Shown here piece after piece: positions 11,360 through 20,867 of a stretch of 20,867 nucleotides of DNA. The stretch's first letter is position 1. Each line of letters opens with the position of its first letter. A model generated the notes under the pieces. That model saw only the letters and a list, made by a program, of their open reading frames with translations, searched no databases and was not told the origin of the DNA. This DNA comes from Ginkgo biloba (taxonomy: Eukaryota; Plantae; Ginkgophyta), in assembly GCA_024626585.2 (NCBI GenBank), contig JANKJI020000004.1, positions 50,968,747 through 50,989,613 on the forward strand, given 5' to 3'. Made by a program: the position numbers and the translations under genes.

Positions 11360-11960
11360 ATGGTGGCAAGGATGACTCTACAGTGGTTCGAGTTGGCATA
11401 ATGTCATCATTCTGCTGACAACAAACATGACGGTCAAACTTTAATTAGTCACGACTTTCTGGTACAAAGCCCACAACCACTTTAAATGGATGCAACTTTC
11501 TCATACGAAGCCCATAACCTCTCGTTCTAAAGGGAGCATTGATCCCTATAGAAAGGGCAAAAAACACACAGCATAAGATGCCATTTACACAATGTTGTTA
11601 GTGTAAATTGACCCATATTCCATGGGTACAGCTGTTCATCTACCTGGACTATAACATCTCTCAATGCCCCTTGAAAATCATCATCTTCAGTGGGCACAGA
11701 TTCTTTAGCAAGAGCAACAAGCTCTGATATGGCCCCTTCAGTAGATTGATCTAACCATTCATACAAGTACAATCCATTATCTCTATGTTACAGAGTTTCT
11801 GTGTTCTTTTGTCCAATACTCATACGAGTACACATACAAGAGTTTCAACTTCTTACAAATCCACATATGCAAAGACCTTGTTTCAAATCTTCTAATGCCT
11901 TCTTTATCCAACTCAAATGAGACACTAGAGCATTTTTTATCTAGAAACCAAATATGTAGA
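11360..11960 (-). pseudogene. Candidate decayed spliced gene fragment, family not recognised
   Basis: Acceptor ttttaatttgcttccag at 11961. Coding-like LYEWLDQSTEGAISELVALAKESVPTEDDDFQGALRDVIVQ, then a 98-nt GT-AG intron candidate (11643..11546), then in-phase GSMLPLEREVMGFV*ESCIHLKWLWALYQKVV. Confidence 0.4.
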
Positions 11961-12029
11961 CTGGAAGCAAATTAAAATGAATCAGAAATCACATTCACAA
12001 GGTGGGGTCATATGTAGAATATTAATTTT

Positions 12030-12690
12030 ATTAAAGAAAAGAAAATGACATGCTCTACAAAGCTTTACAACAAGCTTGGAGGTGAAATCAAAGTCGAAGT
12101 ATTTATAGAGCTTTATATCCCTTAAATCGGAATTGAACATCAGAGTGCATAGATCTATTGCCTCACATGAGGGTCAACTTTACGACGTGTAGATCAAAAG
12201 CCTAATCTTGTGGCTTCAAGAAGAAGGGAGAAAATTAGAGAACTGTCTTCAACCTTAGCTAACACTTGATCTTCTTTTGACATATATCCCTTTTTGTTGG
12301 TAACAAAAATAACCAAAAAGAACCCCTCCTTTTGAGCTCTCATGAGCTTTAATAATACCTCTAGCTATGANNNNNNNNNNNNNNNNNNNNNNNNNNNNNN
12401 NNNNNNNNNNNNNNNNNNNNNNNNNNNNNNNNNNNNNNNNNNNNNNNNNNNNNNNNNNNNNNNNNNNNNNCCCTATTGTATGGAGATTCTAAATCAATCA
12501 AGCTCTCATAATCACCTTACATCATGGCGACAAATAAATCGTTTGAAGTTTAGCTTCTACTCATAGTTGTTAGAACCTAATATAGATGTCACAACTTGTT
12601 GAAATTTTACAATTGTAAGCAACTTTAACAACTTCCTACACGATGCTCTTTCCTTCACGAAAATCATTGGACTTCAAGATTTCAAAGTGC
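12030..12690 (+). mobile_element. Highly degenerate Ty1/copia remnants: integrase-like (12030-12270) and RNase H-like (12471-12690), separated by a gap
   Basis: KEKKMTC...LGGEIKVEVFIELY...GIEHQSA*IY resembles the copia integrase GGEF...GI.HQ motif. LYGDSKSIKLS-HN resembles RNase H YCDNQSAIKLAHNP. Frameshifts must be assumed. Confidence 0.4.
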
Positions 12691-13151
12691 AAATTAGCCA
12701 TATGGTGACCTAGGCTATAGAGCCCAAACCCCAGCAAAGGCGTTGCCCCTTGGACCCATTAGTAATTTTCTTCCTACTCCTGGCAGCCAAACATGGCTGA
12801 TTTTTATACCAATTTTGTGGCTTTTCTTGAGATTATTGACTTCTTGCCACTGTGAAATTAAAGCCACTAGTTAACTTTCTCCTTCAAATCTGATCTAGAT
12901 TAATTTTAACATGGCTATGCTCAAAGGTATGCAACTTGAGCATTTGCCTATAGCTAGAAGTGTTTGGCTTTACTCTCAGATACAATAGGTTACCAACTCC
13001 AAAAAAACAAGGTAACCTTTTTGGTCCACATACAACTTGGCTCCTACTTGACCCCATATTATTCTTGCATATCTACATTTCATAATGCCTCTCTTCAAGA
13101 ATTTCCAAAAGCATGAATTTTCTTCTAGAATTGTCAATATCCATTTCTAAT

Positions 13152-13223
13152 GGTACCAAAGGGCCAAAACCATACATTGCCTCGAAGGGTACCCAAGAGT
13201 CAAAACCATACATTGCCCTAAAA
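13152..13223. repeat. Two tandem 36-bp units
   Basis: ggtaccaaagggccaaaaccatacattgcctcgaag / ggtacccaagagtcaaaaccatacattgccctaaaa, followed by a partial ggtgc. Confidence 0.9.
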
Positions 13224-13470
13224 GGTGCGTCATGCTTACAGTTGAATGTGTGTTCTTATTGTATGCATACTCCCCAAAAGACAATCTTTCTTCTAATGAT
13301 GCTTGTTTGGCAAGTAGATTTGGACTCAACATGCCTTTCATAGTTTGGTTCAATCTTCATCTTTAGCAACAATTTGAGGGTATGCTACCTAAAAGGAGAA
13401 ATCAAAATGATTGCCAAACAACCATTTTCAAAATGCACGAAAATGGGAATTAACAAAACATAGGGTTTTA

Positions 13471-13486
13471 CACACACACACACACA
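13471..13486. repeat. (CA)8 microsatellite
   Basis: Directly visible. Confidence 0.95.
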
Positions 13487-13825
13487 AAGTCAATGGAACA
13501 CATGATTAAGAATACTAATCTATAGAATTCAGTTTTATTTGTTATTAATTTTTCATTAATTTTAGGGCTTTTGCTTTAGATCTAGGGAAAACTATTTATT
13601 TTGACAGGGCCTCTTCAATTTCATAATTATTTGTTTCTTTTTGGTTGGGTTGCAAGAGGGCATAAGGCACGAGCAAGCTCCATGTGCCCAAAAATGGCTA
13701 TTTATGGCCATTTGGGGAAACATGACATTTCTAAATGCTAAAAACAATGATGAAATGTTTCTAGGCAATGGCAACTAATGGGGGATGGCATGAAAACATT
13801 TTCAAGGAGTTTCCAAATGGATTAA

Positions 13826-14405
13826 TTTTGCTTTTGTTTTTTTTGAAAAAATGCTTCTTAATTTACCAAAATGAAACAAAGAACAGTAAAACTGGAACAA
13901 TCTATCTAAAGGACAACAAAAAAGTCCTTAAGATAGATTGAGCTCTGATATCACAATCTTGAGCATCTCTCCTAATAAGCGAGCCTTTGGCTCTAATCTG
14001 AGTTGAAGGTTTAGCCTTCAACAACTCCCAAAAAGAAACATAAGAAAATGAGATGTTGTTAAACACAACATTACATCAAACCCTCCAGATGAGGTATAAA
14101 CAAACTAGTCTAATACAATGACACACCCCTCTGAAGTGGGGCGAAGAGACAGAATCATAATCACCAAGCAAAACATCTTTCTAGAAGAACTATCTGTATA
14201 CAATATGCTTCCACTTCGACCATACCATATTCCAACAGGTTTTGGCACACCTACAATCCCAAAAAATATGACTGATTGTCTTTGGTTTGCCACAGTGAGG
14301 GCAAAGGGCATCAGTGAAATCCGACTTGGCTAACCTTGCTTTGGAGGGAAGCCCTTGATAAAGCATAAGCCAGTTGAAAACTCTCAGCTTAATAGAAACT
14401 CTATG
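13826..14405 (-). mobile_element. L1-clade LINE 3' end: ORF2 zf-RVT region, short 3' UTR and A-rich tail
   Basis: KLRVFNWLMLYQGLPSKARL...CPHCGKPKTISHIFWDCRCAKTCW, then same-frame LYLIWRV*CNVVFNN, stop at 13902, A-rich tail at 13844..13826. The 5' side is lost in a gap. Confidence 0.88.
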
Positions 14406-14506
14406 NNNNNNNNNNNNNNNNNNNNNNNNNNNNNNNNNNNNNNNNNNNNNNNNNNNNNNNNNNNNNNNNNNNNNNNNNNNNNNNNNNNNNNNNNNNNNNN
14501 NNNNNG

Positions 14507-15268
14507 GGTACATTGTACCCAATATTCCTGTGTGGATTATTGCAGTGTGATTGTGCTTGTGAATGTTGATTTCCTAATTACCTGTGTACTGAATCTCAAC
14601 AAAAATTGCTCATAGTGGATTTGTTGTGCCGTGTCACCATCTTCATTTCCGCTACATAACAAGAATCTTTGGTAGTATTTTCATCTATGAGGAATCACTT
14701 GCCAAGAAGAGATTTAGATTCAAGCTCATTTGGCACAAAATCCTGATTTATATGCATATCAGTCAAGCGGGTCTGTGGTTGGGCATGCTGAAAAATGCAT
14801 CCATCACTGGATGGCTCAGAACATTTTGGGGGAGGAGGTTTGTTGTCAAGCTTTTCCTTCTATCTTAAAATGTGTCGCTTTTTGTTGGAGTATGGCATAT
14901 TTGAATGGTTTGTCAACTGGGACAGATTTGTGAGATGATTTACTGTGTCAATTTGGTAACCATTTTGAGACTCATATTCCTAAGTTTGTCGCTTCATCTT
15001 ATTTGAATGCATGGTAGCACATTCGACGGTGTGAGAATTTATGGCACAAACAACAAACTCCTACCCTTTTTGGGTACATTAGTTTCCTTCTACTTTGGCT
15101 GAGCAACACATGCTCTGGGTCACTCTGCAAGATGAGCAATGTCTAGTGGAATGGTTCTCACATGGCCAACAATATTTGCAGGAATTTTCCATACCATCTG
15201 ATATTTCACATCTTAAATATATAGTTTTCTACCTATATTTGCAAGTGACTGATGAACCTGTCATAAAT
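14507..15268 (+). mobile_element. Older, degenerate L1-type LINE ORF2 C-terminal fragment
   Basis: LKCVAFCWSMAYLNGLSTG...DLLCQFGNHFETH resembles zf-RVT (K.F.W....LPT...C..C...ET..H); later HLKYIVFY. Confidence 0.5.
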
Positions 15269-16751
15269 TGTTACAACTTACGCTCAGAAGCTTTTTTTCA
15301 AAAGTTGAGAATGTGTTACATTCCCCTTAATAGTACATTTTGAATCAAGTAGTAGAGAGAGTAGAGGTAGCTGCCCAAGTTTAGAATTTGAAAAGGAGTT
15401 AGCAAGTCAATTGTTGTAGAAGCTTTTCCCAGCAAGGAGGCACCACCTCATCATGAGCTTTAACAATTTGGAGAATAAAGCTTTTGACCAACTCTGGCCA
15501 AAAGCATGGAAATCTGATTTTTGGTCCAAAATCTAGAATTTGAAAAGCCAATAGGCCAAAGGGGCTTGGAGTATAGAAGATATAGGAGGATTTGGATCAG
15601 ATGGTAGTAGTGTTTGGGAATTTGTCTGGCTAGCTTATGCCTTGGGTGTGATTCGCCTAAGAATTCATGAGCTTGGTCCCTTGAAGGACTGCATGAGCAC
15701 AGGTTTCTGTCTATGATCAATTGGTTACCGTGCTTATAATTCTCATCAAATAGGTATATAGTGTCCAAATCATTAGTTGAGTTTGATATAGTCTTCCATC
15801 AGTAGCTATTCAGGCTAACATGTCCTCAGTCCAGTGAAGGAGTCGCTCGACAGCTTTGTGAAGGCATAGTTTGGTTCAAATCAGTAGCCTTGTTATCCTC
15901 TCATTGTCTCTACATCACATTCTATGGACTAAGGGTCCTATGTACTAGCACCTTAAGGAGATTATTCCTTTTATCTGACCTACTGTGTTCTATGTTATTG
16001 ATTCTAGGGTGAACCGTAGTTCCAGACATTGTATTCCTCCCTATGTCAGCCCTCTGTGGCGAGTTTTGGTATCGAAAAGTTTGTTGAGTAATAAACAGAC
16101 CAAACCACTGTCCAAGTCTGTGGCAAGGTTACTCCTTGTGCCATCTTGGTGAAAAAAAGCTCATACCAATCATTTAATAGTGCATCCGAGTCAGCTCTAT
16201 GAAAATTGTTTCTAGCACGCCTTGCTATAGATGTCCCTGATCCATGTTCTATCAAAAGAGTAGTTAGGACATATTATCTACAGCTAGAATTTGGACAAGT
16301 TGCTGTAAATCAATGCCTTATTCAGGGGAGCTAGCATTCAAAGTGGATCGCTGTAATTGAACCACTACAATCTATATTTTTGTACTAAGTTGATGTTCTG
16401 AGCTGTTTCCTTTCATGATCTGTCCATGGTGTTTCCAACACAATTCAGATCTGTAGCTACAATGGTTATGTCAATTTCTTTTTTGTTTGTCCAATACTGT
16501 CCTTATCAGACATCATTTACTGTACCACTCAAGTTACTTAGCTCAGATTTGTCCTACTGCTTTAATTATTCTTTGTAATAGCTACAGGCCCTTCTTCTGG
16601 TCATTTAAAATTTTGATGTTTGTTCGTTACCAGTTGATATAATATTCAGGCCCTCAGTGCAGCTGTTCCAGACATCTTGAAACTTTGATGGTTGTTAATT
16701 GAGCGTAGATTATAGGTCTTTTCTTTGATTATGAGATTTACGTTCGTAACA
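15269..16751 (+). mobile_element. Probable 5' LTR (~1.48 kb) of an LTR retrotransposon
   Basis: Termini TGTTAC (15269) and GTAACA (ends 16751) are a 6-bp inverted pair. A Met-tRNA PBS-like motif follows after 1 nt. The 5' boundary is less certain. Confidence 0.5.
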
Positions 16752-16752
16752 A

Positions 16753-16763
16753 TGGTATTAGAG
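16753..16763 (+). other. Primer-binding-site-like motif (initiator tRNA-Met)
   Basis: TGGTATTAGAG versus canonical TGGTATCAGAG (one C>T change), directly after ...TAACA-A. Confidence 0.6.
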
Positions 16764-16814
16764 TAGTTGTTGTTTTTTATTTTAGATCAGTTACTTAACG
16801 GGAAATTTAGTTGG

Positions 16815-17748
16815 GGTTCACTCAATTTCATTTTGTTCTGAAATCACACTTAGATACTATGCATATATTTCTCATTTCTTAGGAACTCCAATACCCTCAT
16901 TATGTGCTCCTAACATTCTTCCTCAATCTCGCTGAAAGTCATTGTATCATCCAAAACGACAACCACACATTTTCTCGACTTCAAGATAAAAATTTTAATT
17001 AATCAATCTCACAAAATAGTTGGAGCATTAGTTACACCAAATGGCACTACCAAGAATTTATCATGCCCATATCTTATGCTGAATGTTGTCTTTTCTACTG
17101 CTTCATAAACATGAGTCAATGATACCCACTCCATAAATCAATCTAAGAAGATCCTATAGCACCCTGCATAGACCGCAACAAGTCATCAATATATGGAATA
17201 GGATATTTATCTTTGACAATTGCCTTATTTAATGAGCAATAATGAAATCTCACAGTGTCGTCCTTTGTTTGTACCCACAAAATTGGGGCTGTAGAAGGTC
17301 ACTTAGAGGGGTGAATGAAACCCTTTTCCAAAAGTTCATCAATATGATTTCGAACGTTTTACTTCTCTCCATAGCTCAAACTATAGAAACCAATAAACAA
17401 ATGTTGTCCCATTTTCAAAATCAATTCAAACTTCCACCTCCCCGTGGACTAGTAAACCACAATAGTTNNNNNNNNNNNNNNNNNNNNNNNNNNNNNNNNN
17501 NNNNNNNNNCTGCTTTGCTTTCTACTTCATATGTAAAAACCAGTTCTTCAGTCTGATTTTGAACTTTTCCCTTCTCTCCATGGCTCAAACTAGACAAAAA
17601 TTGATAACCAAGCTTTGCCCCTTTTCCCAAATAAATCTAGTGATCAACCTCCCTATGGAAAAAACATACAAGAAAGCTCGTTCAATAATGATTTGATCAA
17701 TGTTGTTTCCTCTCTTCTATTCCTTGACTGCTTTCCTTTCTACTTCAT
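16815..17748 (-). mobile_element. Ty3/gypsy pol fragment (pre-RT linker and reverse transcriptase), pseudogenised
   Basis: IDELLEKGFIHPSK*PSTAPILWVQTKD, LNKAIVKDKYPIPYIDDLL, IDLWSGYH*, KTTF...FLVVPFGVTNAP, VVVLDD, EHIMRVLEFLRNEK appear in canonical gypsy RT order, with stops and frameshifts. Confidence 0.92.
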
Positions 17749-17921
17749 NNNNNNNNNNNNNNNNNNNNNNNNNNNNNNNNNNNNNNNNNNNNNNNNNNNN
17801 NNNNNNNNNNNNNNNNNNNNNNNNNNNNNNNNNNNNNNNNNNNNNNNNACAGGTCGCTGCCACTTATCTATGGGTTTTCTTCATAAGATATGGGGACAGT
17901 AGCCTAATTGTTTTGTCTAAT

Positions 17922-18378
17922 TGAAATTTGTATGCACAAAAATCATTATGGCACAGTCATAGGAAAAGGAACAGAATTGAAGAATTGCAGAAAATGCACA
18001 CGCTGATACACAGAACAGAAGATGTATTAATGATTCATTGCTTGATAGATTGATGAAATGATCCATTCATCGTTTGCCCAAATCAACTTACACATAAAAA
18101 GATGTTCAATGGTTACAATAGAAGGACGCCCCTTTTAAATGAAGGGGTGCGCCTCATTTACTAACAAGTCTGTTGCTAAATTTGTGGTTACAATCTTTAC
18201 ACAGTCGCTTAATCTTTTAACAAAAGCTTAGTTAATTGTTTCCATTGCTCGTTAGACAAACGACCATTGCCGATAGACAAATAGGTAGTGCAGATCGACG
18301 AACGAGCAATGCCTGATAGATAATCGATCCCTACTTTTTCTGCTATGCTTATGTACTGTTCAAACAGGTGTCAACACA
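17922..18378. mobile_element. LTR-like segment with internal short repeats
   Basis: Starts TG, ends tcaacaca, relatively CpG-rich, carries 21-22 bp repeats. No matching target-site duplication seen. Confidence 0.35.
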
Positions 18379-19504
18379 AACATTCCCTACCCTTTTTCTC
18401 AAGACTCAAGAAGGACACCCACATTGCGTATTCTTTTCACCTATAATCAATTATTAAACTATTTAATGGGACACAATTTGAAATTTGTATGCAAGCACAC
18501 TTAATGGCATACAAATCTTCGACCTACATTTCAACATTGATTGAACAAGAACTTAACCAATGTATTAGTTAAAGCATACAAGGGCCCCTTCCATAAGGCT
18601 TGCCCAAACTGTCTTACACCCAATAACATCACATCAATCAACATGAGCAAGTTCCTATTACAAGGATACATGCATGAAACTTTTTCCAAGTACAAGACCC
18701 AACACAACACCATCCTTGGTTAAGACTTTAAAGCCACAAACCACTCAACCGTGATTAAGTCATATTGATATATTGTGGGTTCAAAATAAATTGTCATGCA
18801 TAAATAGTAAATTATAGTTGGATTCAACAATCAAATCTAACATTCAAAGAAAATTATATTAAGTCTAGATTGGACACTTTGGGACATGCTTAAACTATAC
18901 AACANNNNNNNNNNNNNNNNNNNNNNNNNNNNNNNNNNNNNNNNNNNNNNNNNNNNNNNNNNNNNNNNNNNNNNNNNNNNNNNNNNNNNNNNNNNNNNNN
19001 NNNNAACAACCACAAGATAGAAATGTATAAGAAAAATATAAAAATAAATTATAATAAATCTTTAGCTATATTTGAAAAAGTTATAGTAGAAAAAATAAAG
19101 GGGCAAAGTTTAGAAGATAACAATTCTCCAAACTGGATTTTGTGAGTTTGAAACTTCTCACAAAAGTTGTGCTCAATCTGCCAATGTTCTATCGAAAATG
19201 TACTCCAAGCGTCCATAGCCNNNNNNNNNNNNNNNNNNNNNNNNTTTGACAAATAGGTCCATTTATAGGTTGATGGATAGTATAGGTTAGTTCCAGATAG
19301 TGTTGAACAATTTCCACATAGTTGTCAGACAATTTCCAAAGAGTTGGATAGTTCCCACCTATTCATCAATTTGTATACAGTTGAACAATTCCAAATTGTC
19401 AAAACTATGCATGTTAAATGCATATAAATTTCTAGATCAAACGGGCTCCTACTGAACAACTAGGAGAGCCAGGGCTCTTTAAANNNNNNNNNNNNNNNNN
19501 NNNN

Positions 19505-20498
19505 NCCTACCAATCCCAAAACATAACAGAGAGAGCAAAAGGAGCAACCAAAGAATTCTAGCATGCCAAATAAATCAATCCTTGCACGACAAACTTACAA
19601 TGGTGAAAGCTCGGCATCTTGAAAAGGAACCAGTAGTAGCACAATGGAATCTCAAAAGGTGCAATTGCCGAAGTCATGCTTGGAGTCCACCATTTCAACC
19701 CCAAAAAGGGAAGATTCCAGAACTGACTTTGGAAATGAAGAGAGTCTGCAAACAACAGACAAGGAATAGGAAAAAACAAGGTTGACACTTAATGTTAAGG
19801 AAGATGAAACAAAACTAGGCCGCAATTAATGCTAGATGACAACAACATGAGGTGCATTTAATGACAAAAAGAGATTGCAATTATTGCAGGTCTGATGACA
19901 TCACCAAGGAGTTAAAAAAAACCAACATTTATGGCAAGTTGGATGACATTACCTAGGGAAGAAACCTGCATTTAAGGCAAGTCTGATGATGTCATCCTCG
20001 AGAGGGAAAACTTGCCTTTAATTGAGGACATTAATGACACATTAAATGAATATAATGAAGGTGCATTAATTACCCTAATAAGGGACAATTAATTGAAGTC
20101 GTAAATGAAAAGGCACATGTAAAAAATGAAAGGTCAAAAGGTTAGGAGTCATGTCTCATAACATTTAACTTGAAAGGTCATGTCATATCATTAATAAAGA
20201 CAAAGAGAGAAAGCATTAAATAGAAAAGAGAATGAGAGGTCCAAGTGTAAAACCAAGTGCAATATTCTAGGGTTTAGTGTGAGAGGCCATTTTGTAGGTT
20301 TGCATTATTGTATTATCATTTCTGAAGTAATAAATTAAGAGTACACCAATTTGTGTGTATTGATGTTTTTGTAATGTTCTTATGATGCTTCTATATAGTT
20401 AATGCATGTTTTAATCTTCATGAATGACTGTTAATCTGTCACTAATGGTGGAATCCATATTAGGGACACATATTTGATCAACAACGGTGGAGTCAACA
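19505..20498 (+). mobile_element. LTR-like region ending GTCAACA
   Basis: Tandem 43-48 bp motif units, ctagggttt motif, T-rich 3' part, terminal ...gagtcaaca before a gap, and gag follows the gap. The 5' boundary is unknown. Confidence 0.5.
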
Positions 20499-20601
20499 NN
20501 NNNNNNNNNNNNNNNNNNNNNNNNNNNNNNNNNNNNNNNNNNNNNNNNNNNNNNNNNNNNNNNNNNNNNNNNNNNNNNNNNNNNNNNNNNNNNNNNNNNN
20601 N

Positions 20602-20867
20602 TTGGATAAAGAATCACAATATCAAACTAGAGAGATTGGGGATAGATCTGCATATCAAACTACGGAAGAGAGCGAGACCTAGAAATCTCAGATGACTAGA
20701 TCATAAAGTTGGAGATTTTATTCAAACTCTCAACTCAATCATATTATGTCAAGGTGGCTTTTCCATCATTGCATTTAACAGGAGTGGCATCAACATCATG
20801 GAAAAATTGTCAATAAGATTTTGAAGATAAGATTGACACATGGGAAAAATTGTAGGCAAACTTAGGA
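20602..20867 (+). pseudogene. Ty3/gypsy gag fragment (retrotransposon gag domain), runs off the window
   Basis: One frame reads NYGRERDLEISDD*IIKLEILF...KVAFPSLHLTGVASTSWKNCQ*DFEDKIDTWEKL*, matching the gag pattern KV.FA..HL.G.A..WW...I.TWE.L. Confidence 0.75.

Noticed and set aside
17290-17320. tgtagaagg...agaggggtgaat resembled a reversed LTR terminus
   Set aside because: The minus strand reads in frame as gypsy RT KGFIHPSK*PSTAP, continuous with the flanking pol sequence.
1-20867. CRISPR arrays, operons, rRNA/tRNA genes or other prokaryotic systems
   Set aside because: The sequence is eukaryotic with spliceosomal introns. The short repeats are degenerate and lack a constant-repeat/unique-spacer structure, and no RNA gene was recognisable.

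Overview
AT-rich, gap-ridden (N-runs) eukaryotic plant DNA. The repeat density, element style and heavy C>T decay suggest a gymnosperm/conifer-type genome (inference). The one host gene is a minus-strand NUB1 (NEDD8 ultimate buster 1) orthologue. Ten coding exons between 9718 and 6528 splice at GT-AG sites with matching phases into one open frame of about 455 aa (helical NUB1 region, three UBA domains, basic NLS-like motif, acidic tail). The N-terminal ubiquitin-like exon is not visible. The rest is mostly decayed retroelements: two diverged copies of an LTR-element segment with a stop-riddled accessory ORF (224-3328), L1-type LINE 3' ends on both strands, a probable LTR plus tRNA-Met PBS, a Ty3/gypsy pol/RT fragment with a ~218 bp tandem duplication, copia-like remnants, and an LTR plus gag at the right end. 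A decayed, apparently spliced gene fragment of unknown family lies at ~11360-11960. I found no convincing evidence of a new biological system. The best leads are the unidentified spliced fragment and the frame-preserved accessory ORF.
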